Shown piece after piece: positions 11,001-23,200 of a stretch of 64,000 bases of DNA; the stretch's first letter is position 1; each line of letters opens with the position of its first letter. A program made the position numbers and the translations under genes. The notes below the pieces were generated by a model. That model saw nothing but the letters and a program-made list of their open reading frames with translations. It was not told the DNA's origin and ran no database searches. The DNA lies in NCBI GenBank assembly GCA_977030845.1, contig OZ365110.1, positions 42,656,001 to 42,720,000 of the forward strand, written 5' to 3'. The DNA comes from Fimbriosthenelais zetlandica (Eukaryota).

Positions 11001-13927
11001 AATGTGATCATGTCCAAAATGGCTTTGAATTGTGTGCGTTTGGCATTGAGCTGTGGGTAAAGTGAAGGTGAGGCTTGGAGGGCAAAGATCAGAGGCTGCT
11101 TTTACTTGTGCCACTGCTCCAAGCCTCCCCAAGTATTCACACACACCCGGCTGATTGGTAATGCAACCTTCAACACAGCCAATAAAGTGATGACTACCTA
11201 TGTAAAATGACTACCTGGGGAGGCATGTATCGCGCCCCATGGAACACTATTATGATGACATTTGGCATTGAACACACTGCCTCCCCCTGCACCCGATAGG
11301 GGCCAAGGTAGCCAGTCGTCTTCAATCGATAATAGAGTGAAAATCCTGAAGGAAAGCGCAGTCTTAATCAATGCTATACCGAAAACAAAGTGCTCCGAGC
11401 CTTCGAGAAATTCGGAGGCTGGCCTTTTGAATGGGGAACTTTTTATGGTAATGGAGCGTATATAGGTTGCATGCACAGACGTTGCTGAGAGATTTCTTTG
11501 CTCGCCCATAAAAAGGAGGATCCTCTCAATCTTTTATTATAGTATGACTTTTACGGGAAGCAGACAATGGGATGCGAATCATGCAAAACCAGCGGCGAAT
11601 CATATTCCCTGGCACGGCCTGGAAGAAAACCTCGCTTATTTCAATCCAAACTTATGTGCGAGAAGCCAATAGGTATACAGCCAAGCTAGTGTATCAAAGT
11701 TCTTAATATGCCATGTTTTGTGAGAGAAATCTCATTGTCAGGAAGATTTCATTTCGCCTGTGTACATACACCTACCGAACAAAAACCTTCACCTAAGCTT
11801 GATATACATATATATGTCAAGAGACAAATATATTACCTGGTTTTGATAATGTGCGTGCGAGCATATATCGAGTTTCTGGTGAAATAAATGCAAACATACA
11901 TTGGATTTTTTTCTTTTGAGATGGATCTGGAAAAAATAACCCTTGCATTTGGTCGAAAGATAAAAGGTAAAAGAGAGGGGATGTGGCTTTCACATCAGAG
12001 CGTTTCCAATCGGTAAAATCCAGACAGTATATTGAGGGAGGGTGGTTAAAGAAATGAATCGAGTGTACTTTTATGATGAAGGGGCCCAAAAAAATGTATA
12101 ATCTTTGAATGGAGAAAGAAGTCTGCAGAGTGAGCGGGGATTAGTGTTATCGAGGGATGGGCAGAGACATACTGCTCCCAGGAACTATTGTGAGGATAAC
12201 TTTGATGGAAAAGAACTTCTCTTGTTGTTATCAATATCAAGCCTGGCAGGCACACAACACCCGGAGGTGGCTGAAGGCCCAGCAAAAAGAATAGGCTCGT
12301 CGGAGACAAGCAAACTCAATGTCAACTGACACAGGGGTTAGCTGTTCATCCCTCCACAACTGCCTATTCCCGAGATGCCAGCCAATAGCACTACCAGCCC
12401 CTACTTGCTGCGCGTGAAATACAAGCCAAGGTTTTGGAAGTGATCCCTGCGAAAATTGCATTCCCCTGTTGGGGAATATGGTGAGCATGTGTAGGTAAAT
12501 TGACAACCGTGTCCAACAATGAATTTTAATAGTCATCGAGAGGGGCCTGTCATTTTTCTGTTACCTCCGACGCAGAATAATACAGATTGATGCTCCCTAA
12601 ATGGTGCCGTGTTGTGTCGGGGATTGGGACACAATGCGCTCTACTCTAGATTAATGCTCCCGGCTAGATTGGAAATTTCATTCCAGTTTGTGCGGTTTGT
12701 TCAAGTAATTATGACAGACTTGTGGGTGGTGGAATTGCTTGTCCCAAGCGGTGGTCTTTTCCCGCCGCTGGGGCCACGACCCCGCCTGGGCCCCCCTGAT
12801 TCTCCACCACTAGAGGAATGAGGGGGTTTTGAAGAGAGCAGAAAAATGGAGTTTTGATGTTGTTTTTCTGACAGGCTCAGATCTGATGTCATCAGGAGCA
12901 CAAAGCCCAGGCCACAATACGGGCCCGTCACCAGATTGAAGTCCCTCTGTGGACGCTTCCCCACCCACCTCCAGCTCGAGCCCAAAGTGAGAAGACTGCC
13001 AGATTCAGGGCCCCCTCTAATACCATCTATGAGGATTGCAATCTGAATGGGAAGAAAACCAATATCTGGTTTATCTTGCCTAAGAATGTAAATCGAAAAA
13101 TATTCCCTTCCTCGCTTGGGAGGCGCTTCAAATTGATATGATGGCTTAGACCCATATTGCCATGCCTCCATTTACAACCAGTCGTCGATTCCATATATGA
13201 TGTGCCACTGGATTTTTTTTTCTCATGAAATCTCGCAAGCAGCTTTATGTTTTCTACAAATGTCAAATATATTTGATGGGTGGCAGCCATTGTTTCAGTC
13301 GGGGACGGGGGGGAGAGGAAGCTTAAGATCGTACATTTATATGGACTTATTGACATGCTATTCAGGCGTCGTATAAATGTTAGACAAGACAGATGGGCAC
13401 GCCATATTTAACATCAGAGATGGGAGTTGTCATAAAAGTTGGGGGGAAGAAGAATGTAACTGCGGAGCCAGCTTGAGAGAAGGCATGGAAGTCTCATGAA
13501 AGGTATGCAAGACAGGGGTAGACTATTATTAAAAGCAAAGGACAATTTGTCACATCCATGCTGAGGGTGCTGATGAGAGATGGATCGAGAGAAAGCTTTC
13601 TGTTATCTCCTAGACGGACGGTAGGGGATTCAGGCTCGGTCCTGGGAGACATGTATCACCAGGGAAATTTATTTGATTCATATGTTCTTCATCGTGCAAT
13701 ATATTGAACTGTCAGGCTGCCCGGTCATCATCACATTATGGCAGAGACCTTATTTATGTGACATCTCGGGCGAAATGGGCCTTCATGAATCCACCCCTCG
13801 CCGATTGTCAGCAATTTATGTCTCTCTCCACTAACTGGCTTCAGATTAAACTGGAAAAGGAGAGAGAGAAAAGTGGACGGGGAATCGTCACTGTAGAGTG
13901 GCAATTTTTTCGGGGGTGACGGTGGGT

Positions 13928-13939
13928 GGGGGGGGGGGG
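13928..13939 (+). repeat. Poly-G tract (G12)
   Basis: Direct reading; preceded by ggtgggt. Confidence 0.9.
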
Positions 13940-14474
13940 TGTTCTTAATAACCTTATATATGTATACCAATATCCACATCTAGGGACGCTAGTGTTGTGG
14001 TATATATAGAAATATGACCAGTTTGCCATTGATTAAATATTGCAAAAGGTATAGAGGATTGCAGATTGTGTGGCCTCTACTTCCATGCAATTGGGTTTTG
14101 CTTTTATATTGGTGCAATATTCCACTCTGTAGAGGCGAGACCAATTTATCAATGTATTTTGCCCCATTTATTTTGAATCTTTTATGATGCAGGGAAAACA
14201 CGTTTATTCTCATTCATTCTAATAGAGCAAATGCAACAAACTACATTATATTGATTTAGATCAGTAATATTTGATGTCTCGGGGCCATACCTACTGAATG
14301 CGTACATTTGATTGAATGACATACTTTCAATTCTTTAACCAGAAGTATGCCTATAGGTAAAATATAATTTATTTAATGATAATCATATATTCGTGCAAGC
14401 CGTCGCAAATCCTGATTAGATCATAAGATCGTGATCGCTGTTGCAAATCTTATGCAATACTTTCATTGCCCTTA

Positions 14475-14660
14475 TGGTGGGGACACACCAAAGCGTTTCC
14501 CTGTGGCTTTTTCATAAAAAGCCTATGAAAAGTATATAGAAATACATTACAAATCGTGGCGTGATCGAAGGCGTTTCCCTGTCACAACTTTTTAAAACTT
14601 TGTTATGAACTTTTTATAAGCGTTTTATAAAAACCGCTTCGCTTTGGTGTGTTCACACCG
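14475..14660 (+). mobile_element. Non-autonomous DNA transposon (MITE), PIF/Harbinger (Tourist)-like, copy 1
   Basis: Imperfect terminal inverted repeats tggtggggacacaccaaagcg (from 14475) and cgctttggtgtgttcacaccg (to 14660), with a perfect core cacaccaaagcg/cgctttggtgtg. Identical TTA trinucleotides flank it at 14472-14474 and 14661-14663. The interior is AT-rich and non-coding, and a homologous copy lies at 60612-60826. A TTA/TAA target duplication is the established signature of PIF/Harbinger. Strand is arbitrary. Confidence 0.8.
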
Positions 14661-14819
14661 TTATTGGCCGTTATGACTTGTACATATGCAATGAATTAAA
14701 GGTTGTTTTTACGCCATGCCAAGGCTATATTGATGGCAAAGATTTGTACATATCACAGGTTTGATAATTGTTTTGAACTGAATGCTTCATATATTCATGA
14801 CGTGACATTTTCATTTCAG

Positions 14820-15005
14820 AATCGGTCACGGTCGAGATCACGGTCACGGGGAGACAGTGACAGTGATTGTGAGTCGGACCTGGATCTGAGGAAGGAACTG
14901 AAGCCAGTGGGACATTATGTCCACCATAGAGAGGAGATGCTGGAGCATATGTTCCGCAGTATCAGCAACAAGAAACTCAAGGCCATGATGCCAGAATGTG
15001 TCAAG
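14820..15005 (+). CDS. CAAP1: Internal coding exon of a CAAP1 (caspase activity and apoptosis inhibitor 1 / C9orf82) orthologue, phase 0 to phase 0
   Basis: Acceptor ttttcatttcAG ends at 14819 and donor GTgagc starts at 15006. The 186 bp give 62 open codons: NRSRSRSRSRGDSDSDCESDLDLRKELKPVGHYVHHREEMLEHMFRSISNKKLKAMMPECVK. The second half matches the human CAAP1 segment as I recall it (LKPVSFYISDKKEMLQQCFCIIGEKKLQKMLPDVLK); not verified by search. Confidence 0.9.
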
Positions 15006-15966
15006 GTGAGCCACATAATATCATTATCCTAATTATATCAGTCATTTTTTCCATCCCAGGATAATCTGATGATGCAAATTAAAGGCTGGAACAGACTGCC
15101 AACGCCTCCAGTTGCCTGTGTTTTTGCTTGTTATGTGAGTTTCGGCAAAAATCAGGTGGGTCGTTTAGATTTTTTAATGGAATCGTTATGGATTCGCTTG
15201 ATTTAGGTGCAGACTCGCTCTCTGCAAAAAATACTCTAGTCTGTTCCAGCCATTAGTAAGTTTTTAAGTCTATTAATGCGGGCTTTACAGAAAGGTCACA
15301 TCGCGAAAATATTTTGGATTGCATTAAGATGGATTGCATCTTATTTTGAAAATTGGTATAATATTTTAAGAATATTTTTTTTTGCTTTTAAATCGCAAAA
15401 AGTATATTTGTCTCTGCTCTTATTGTTATAATTCAATTAGAATGTACCCTGATATTGTTGGGGTTTCTGATATATTTTTTTTTCGAGAACGAAACGTGTA
15501 TAGGAAAGTTAACGCTATGGGGGATTAATATAGGAATAATAATGTCTTGGCGACACACAGACACGGAGAGCATACTTAAAACATCCTGCACGGCTCCAGT
15601 GTTATCCCATCTTGTCATACCCTTGTATACAGCCATTATCTTATTGAATGTCATTGATTTAACCCGGGGAAAAGCGGGGCGCATTGGAATAAGCCATTTT
15701 AAAGTGACAGAATAGGACGTCTGAGTGTTCCCATGAAAAATAAAAGAAGCACGACTCCGCTAGCCTAATGGGATGTGATGAATGCGGGGTTATCAATAGG
15801 GTTTTTGAATTATGTAAATGTGCATGTCTAAGCTGAGGAAGGAATGAGGGACTGCTCGGGCCCGGCCACTGTGTACTGGAGGCAGGAGGGAATGGGCCAG
15901 GATGTAATTGTATTTGTCCTAGAGCCATGCATCATTGATATACACAGATTTGTGAATTGCATGTTA

Positions 15967-15981
15967 GAAGAAGAAGAAGAA
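15967..15981 (+). repeat. (GAA)5 microsatellite
   Basis: Direct reading. Confidence 0.85.
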
Positions 15982-16432
15982 ACTGGTGAAATATTGTGAT
16001 TATATGACAAGCGTAGACTGACGTTTGATGTCTTGGGAGTGAGCTGCTCCTCTTGGTATAGTATTGGCTCAAACTCAGCTGTCTGTGAGTGTGAGGGAGT
16101 CTCTTATTGCTGAGCCATTCCTACAGCTCCCCCACCTCCACCCCCGCTTGTCCTGGTACTCCCCCCACCCACCCACCCGCACCTCGCAACTCCCAGCTCA
16201 TTTATCTTCATCTAACCTGATATACTTTTGTGAAATCATCATGATTATGTGAAATGACACCACTGTTCATCAAAGGAATTGAAATGCGCCGGGCGCAACT
16301 TGTGCTCGCCCACTGTACCATATAAGTCATCAGACCCGTGCGGTGAGGGACCATAGATTTCACTTTCATCATTATCAGCGGATCATACTGGAAGGAGAGA
16401 GAGGTGGTGAGGGAGAGGATAGGAGAGAGAGA

Positions 16433-16477
16433 GGGGGGGGGGAGTAGAGATCGGAATGGGGGGGGGGGGGGGGGGGG
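16433..16477 (+). repeat. G10 and G20 tracts within a purine-rich stretch
   Basis: G10 at 16433-16442 and G20 at 16458-16477, inside GA-rich sequence at ~16390-16570. Confidence 0.9.
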
Positions 16478-18845
16478 CACGAGAGGAGGAGGACAGACGG
16501 AGGGGGACAGTATAATAGAGAGGTAAGAAGAGGCGCAGAAATGGACAGAAAGAAAGACAGAACGAGAAAAAAGTGACAGGAATCGAAATGAAACAAACAA
16601 TTCCCCTGCTATTCATGCATATATCTACTTCATTGTATTTCTCATCATGTCATTCTTTGGGACATCTTGCAGTTCTTATGCATTTTTACTATAGAGTTCA
16701 TAACTTTCATATTATACCCATTATACACTTACATATTTGTAGGCTACATATCAAAATATTTTTTTTACTTAAAGTCCTTTCCTACACAAAGTCTACATAA
16801 TATATATATGTAGTCTCTTGTCTTTGAGTTTTTTTCCTTGCAAGCTGTTTTAATAGTGTGTTCGTGGTGAGTGGAAGGAGAAGGAGAGTGTGATGGTTTT
16901 TGTAGTCAGATATGTGCCTCTCTTCTTTCATCGGCCCCAATGTCTGGGGAATGGCTCCTTCCTCGCTCTGTCTGGCGCTTGTTGTCTTTTCTTCTCCTGA
17001 TTTGATTTCGTCTCCTTTCAAAGGGAAGAAATCCAATTCACATTGATTTAATTGTGAGGGCTTTTGGATATGGAGCGAGCTTAAATCATATAAGATATAG
17101 GGCCTAGTGGAGAACAGATGAAAGCCAATGCAGACATAGGCCCCCATTGAAAGGCCACTCTATGACGGCGGGGGCCATGGGGTGAAACGCGACAAAAAAT
17201 GGCAGCGGCACAATGATTTAATAATTTTACCGGGTTTCAGATCTGCTCTCTTGCCTTGGCGGCCGCCGCCTGGTTTCAATGCAGTAATCCTATTTAAATT
17301 GGTTGTCTAATGGAAGGACTCCATATGTGCGGTCCGCCAGTCCCACTTGATTAGGTCTCCTTTTAGAGCCGAATGTTTCATCAGGCAGAAGGGCATTGAC
17401 GTTTTATAAGCGAACCACCTCAGATCTGGCTTGTTTTTATCTGCCTCGCTCGTTTTAGAATAAAAACCCTCCAGAGACTTGTCCTCAAAGGTCCAGCCCC
17501 CCTTTTGCCAATATGCACGAGGTAAAGTAAAGTATAACAGATCTGCCCCCGAAAACAAAATATGGACTCGATTGAAGATGGATCTTTCTAAAAGAACCAC
17601 GGGTAGAGCGCCGGGGGAGGGGAAGGACTAAAAAAATAGTTGTATAGAGACAAAGCATGGCTGGATAGAAGTCAAGGGGGGATTTTAAAACCAATTTTGA
17701 GGTCTAATCTAGGCTGGTCGTGATTGATTGATGACAATTAGTCTGGATTTGAGTCGGACACGGGCGGCTGTGTGTGTTCAGAGCGCCGTCGGGTCCACCG
17801 TCATGCAAACATTCAATTTTCAATGGTAGAGAATGTAATTTGTTGTCGCAGGATCATGCCTGACGCCCTTGCCATCTTCATGTATATTGGACCGCTGATG
17901 AAATAAAGAAATATGACAATTTTATTTCACACTGTGCCGCTCTCCTGATAGCTAGAGATAAAAAAGAGGAAAAAAAGCCAGACCTTTGCACGGTTACATT
18001 GTTAATGCTGCGAATATACATCGATAAACTGGAATATATGGAAATTTGATGGGACCTCGGCACAGAGTTGTGAGGCCTTGCGAGTCTATTGTCTTGCTGC
18101 TCTGCGCCATGTTGGCCTATGCTACAAATGATGGAAAAATTATGAGTGATGGAGAAATTGAGCTCAAGCCGGTATGTTGTATGCATACGTGATGCAGGGC
18201 GGTGAACTTGCTTTGCATGACACACCAACACGTCTACCAGCATAGAAAAATTTACTTTGGCAAGTAATCACCACCTATTGGCACAGGTTATCTAAAAATT
18301 ATGAAAAATGAATCCAGTGCATTGCTCGGGGTTTGTAATATACATACATAATGTATCTGTCTATCCATTCTGATGAGAAAGTTTGGAACACCAAAAGAGG
18401 CAAGTCGTGCCGGGACCTGCGAGTATGGATATCCAATTTGAGTCTATATACTAAAGCCATATCTTATGTAAATTGGATATGAATACATTTGTTATTTTCG
18501 GCTCAGGATAATCCCAAGTCTTTGCCCGACTAATCAATCACATCATCCTATGTAATTATAGGTGTGTGGAATTGAAATTAGAAGGGCAGGCAATCAATAG
18601 GAAGCGATAAACTGGTTTCCTTGAGATTTTCCTTGAAGATCCAAGCAAGAAAGTGTCGGGTGCGGGCTATATGAATTGGAGGAAGAGGGATATAGGGAGA
18701 GAATGGGGGAAATTTCATGTCATTGTAGATTCCAATCATGGGGTAGGAGGGGATAATTTAGTTACAAGGGGATATTGGTAAACCTGTGGCGGGTATTGAA
18801 AGTCTTGCTGGGCTGTCAGTGGGGCTGGTCAGTGTAGCATTATAA

Positions 18846-19271
18846 TTTATGGCGGATAATATCCCTGACGAGTGCTAAGGCTGCATCTGAAGCAGGCAGA
18901 TGAGCCTCATGGATTGGTCGCCCATTTTTGTGTGCTTGTTGATGAGAGTAATCATAGAATGGGAAATGCGGGCGCCCTATGTGTAGGCCTGCTCCCTCAG
19001 CTCTAGTAAGCTCCGTGACGTGTTCATCAGCATGCCACCTCTCCACCACTCGGCTAATTCCTGAGGAGGGGGCATGTCATGTCCGGTCTGTACCGAGTTT
19101 GTCCAGAGGGCGTCGCGCCATTGTGGCATAAATTGTCGGGCGGCGGGTCAGCAACGCCAAGCATGGACAAGGCAAGACCAGAGCTAGCATGGTCATGATT
19201 TACGACTTGATGAGTAATTTGTTTTACAAGTGAATGTTTAATGTGGCCTTGGCCCACGGTGCGTGATTTAT
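18846..19271. promoter_or_regulatory. Candidate enhancer with posterior Hox/Cdx-type sites in a CpG-rich patch
   Basis: TTTATGG 18846, CATAAA 19127, TGATTTACGAC 19196, TGATTTAT 19264; 15 CpG in 19081-19320. Confidence 0.35.
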
Positions 19272-19971
19272 ACCCACCAATAAGTAGGGGCCTGACGAAG
19301 GTGGGCACGAAGCGGCACAGACCCAGTACTAATCTTCATATAAATTCAAATTTTGGCAGAAGAAATTTATAAAGCGTAAAGGATGGGCCCTGTTGTCTCG
19401 GGACAAGGTGCTCTAGGCATGAGTAAGTGAAGCCTGTCGTCTTAGGGATGGGAGCAGCTAATAACACCAATACAGGACGCTTGACGAGAATCTAAATTAC
19501 CCTCACAAAGGACAAGAAAAGAAAGCCATTTGCCATCCTCCAGGCCTTGAGAAAATATCTAGTAAATAAGCCAGAGACAGCGTCCGAAACACTAGGACTG
19601 AGTAATGGTACTTCTACCGTCTGTGTATGTGTGTGAGGGAAGAAATGACAAGACGAGATTTAATTATAATGCCACATAGGGGTAGTTGATATTAATTCAC
19701 GCATTTAATGGATTAAAGCATAATTCCCCTAGAGGCTGATGATGAATGTGGTCTGGTAGCTTAGATCATATGCCACGTGAATGAATCATGAATATATAAC
19801 ATGCCTCCCCTGACACACAAATGTTGCAGGAGCGTGCAGAGACAGTTGAGTGGAAAGAAGCGAGGAGGAAAGAAGAAGCCACTGAGCCTGGGAGCCATCT
19901 TATTGTCATACTCCTCCAGATATTGTTTCTCTCTTTCCAAAACTTTGAACACATTTCTTGGCCCTTTCTTT

Positions 19972-20226
19972 AATCAATCGCTAGAGACTTTTTCAGTGTA
20001 CTTATATGTCGATAAAGCCTTTAACAACGTTAATCCTAATTTTTGATGTTATAAAAATTAATAATTAATGGGCTTCAATTACTTTGTATGCATTAAATAG
20101 GCAATTATTTATATAGGCCTAATTGCATACCAAATCATGATGTTTCTCAATATTTTATCAAGTCTTTTGTTTGTTCCATCTGGAGTGCCACAGGGTAAAC
20201 TCCTAGGTCCAATCATGTTCTTAATT
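19972..20226 (+). mobile_element. Fossil non-LTR retrotransposon (CR1/L2/Jockey-like LINE) reverse-transcriptase fragment
   Basis: RT motifs occur in the correct order and spacing: VYLYVDKAFNNVNPN (from 19996; cf. xYLDFSKAFDxVxH), then after a frameshift LML*KLIINGLQLLCMH*IGNYLYR (cf. LLxKLxxxGxxxxLLxWIxxYLxxR), then ILSSLLFVPSGVPQGKLLGPIMFLI (SGVPQG at 20179-20196). Stops and frameshifts show it is dead. Confidence 0.8.
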
Positions 20227-23200
20227 AGTAAATTTATAAATTTTAGTGTCTAAAATAAATAATATACTAACTACTGAAAAGTTATAATGCAAGTTTTGCT
20301 AAGTGTGTTGGAAAGTGAATAGGTATAGTGCATCGTCCTATATATAGGGCAGTATGGGATGAATTGAATTCTTTCTTGGAATGGCTTAAATGATGTTTTC
20401 CTCTGTCTGTATATCGAACCCATCGCTATAAGAAACCTAATTCCTCCACATCTGTAGACTAGTATTGCTGCTGGGGCTGCCAGAAGGGAGACAACTTATG
20501 GATAAAGTAATATTATATTTCTATATACATATTTCATGGATTCTTGGAAATTTTGCTCTGAATTATACAATTCACTTGTAATGTAATGGCAGTATGTGCA
20601 ATGTCAATGTCCAGGATTGTTTTATATATATTCATACTTCATATATATGATATCATTCTTCATATCCTCATAATGAGTCTCCCCCATATCATTTGATTCA
20701 CATAAAAAAAGCAGTGTCAGTTGCACCGCCCCTTGTGATTCCTTATCTGGCCACCCTTATCAGAGAGTGGGCGTGTCAAACCGCCATTGGCAGTGATGCA
20801 TTTCCTCTTGGTTTACAAATCATTCTTACCAAATTTCTTTGTCTGATCTGAACTCTGCGCCAAGGTATTATTCAATGCAATTCAATTCCCATATTCACAA
20901 CAGAGAGCACAAGAAGGACGTCATAAAGCAATCATTGTTGTCGAAGGACCGCAGAATGGCTCCATAAGGCATCGCAGTGTTTTTTCTCCTTCATAAGACT
21001 GCCTATCTACCCATCCATCTTGGCTAGAGAAATGTCAATAGCTTGTTCATTATAGTTCTGCTCGGTACTGAGACCCAAGCTTCCCCACCAATTGTTTGAT
21101 ATTGTCTCATACATGCAGGACAAGGGCATTGTCAGCCCAATGTGATTCATGGCCATTGTAAATGGGCCCGGGCTATATATTTTTTGCCATAATGTTCATG
21201 GTTTTCAACTCAATAAAATGTTGATTTATGTCTAAATGCGTTGGCCTCCACCCCATTACGCTCGCCTTCCACTGTCCCCGCTATGTAAGTCCCACCCATC
21301 ATCTGGCATCAAACCCAGGCGGGGGCAACTCCGAAAAAGAAGTAATAAATCTTAGAAACAAAAGGTAATTACCCAGGAAATTGACTTTGCCGACCCTACC
21401 GCCGATCGGAGTTCACCATAAATGGCGTGTGCCTCACCAAAAGTCTCGCCATGCCATAAAATCAGAATGAAATCGCTATTCAAGATGTGGCAATCAGTCT
21501 GAGTGAGATTGCTTCTTGCCTTCCTCCCTTCCCGGCTTATCAGCCTTCATTTGCCATCGTCTGCAATTAGAGCGGGCGATGCATGTAAACTCATTTTGAT
21601 GGATTGGAGAATTCTATCCCAGAGCTTGAAATCACTCCACCTTTTAATGTGTTGTGTGAATTATTAAGCTCGGGGTGATGATTCGTCAACAGAAGGTGTT
21701 GAAAAAGCCTTGTCGATCACAATTCCATTGAGATTGCGTGTTGCGTTGCGGTGGCTGGCCTGCGGCGCTTTATAACGGGTATATTAGCTTGTACCAGTTA
21801 TTAGTTCAATCCCCCAGGCTTTTTCCCCCTTCATCCCCCTCCACTCTTTTATTGCGTGTTTTAATTTTCACGCTGCCATGACTACGTGCATGTAAATTGG
21901 CACTAAGGAACACGGCGACAGCTACGATATTCATGCCCGCTGAAAAGTGGGGTGCTTTTTAGCAATTGGGTATACATGTCAGTTGATTAAACAGAGACAG
22001 GAAAAGCCGTCACTCGGAGGTGGCAGCAGCCCGCTTCAATTTAAATGGTAAAATGTCACGTAGAAGCATGGAGTGAAAACTAATATAGGCTCACACCGGA
22101 TAGATGCGCCGAGTGCATGTTGTGGCTGGAGTGTGTAGGCGATTTTAATGGGTTGTGGACAGCAGTAATCAAGAAGTGTTGTGCATGCTGAGGCAGGGGC
22201 CTCGCAATAACCACACAACCAATTAGAGAACCATTGTGTGTACTCCGTAAAGAAATTATTGCCATTGGCAACTTGTAGTGCACGGGAGTTGGCGGGCCAC
22301 ATATGATTCTTCATAAAATGAGGAAGTGTCGACGCCTGCTTCAATATTCATTTCTCAGGAAATGGGAAGTCACAGACGCTATTGCACTCTTAAATGGAAT
22401 CTAATTCACAGAGTAATTCCCTTTTGACAAGGTTGTGGTTAGAGTGTTCAAGGCTTGGTTATAATACATACTCAACGACCACCCATGGCCACCCTTCTTA
22501 ACTATGAACTTCCTCCCCTAAAGTGTGTCATTCTATCATATTTAATTACATTTGAACTTTGCACTTTAACGTACAAAGACCCTGGAACAAAGGGTGCTTT
22601 TCTTGTACTACTTTCCTCATATTTTAAGTTCTTTGACAAGCTACTTCAACTATTTATAGCCTTTTTCCTATGATTTTTATTGCATATATCAAGAAGACAG
22701 TTCCTAATGTGGCATATGCCTGAATTTTGTAATTAAATTCATTGGATAAGAAGTCTATTCATATTCAAGGAAAACATGTTCACTCCCTTAAAAACTGTTC
22801 ATCAAAACTTATTTTTCCCCACCTTTTTGGAGAGTTGATTTGTATCAGGTTTTAAAGACTAGAGGTCACCTTTTTTGTAACACAGTGTCAAGGATTAAGA
22901 GTGGAGATAACATCTTCATTATACAGCTGATCCTATTATTTCACAATCTCTGAAATCTTAGCTCAAATCAGCTTCCTGCCCTAAGCCAATGCCATCAGTG
23001 GCTTCCTTTTTTCTGATATGGCTTCAAGTCAAGATAGGCCATTGTTTTGCCTAATTAAATGTGTCATTGGAAAATTGGTTTCTTTCCAGGAATACGAATA
23101 TAGCTTCCCCCCACCATGTAATCCTTTTCACTTTGTGTCCCAGCATTCAGGAAATAGTTTGATATCAATTGACGGTTTCCAGGCATACACAGACTTGTAA

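Noticed and set aside
12701-13171. Longest ORF in the track (156 aa, minus strand)
   Set aside because: No recognisable domain or splice framework; ORFs of this length are expected in GC-richer patches of 64 kb.
1-14819. Search for the upstream CAAP1 exon(s)
   Set aside because: No K/R/S-rich exon ending in a phase-0 donor was seen; probably upstream of the window.
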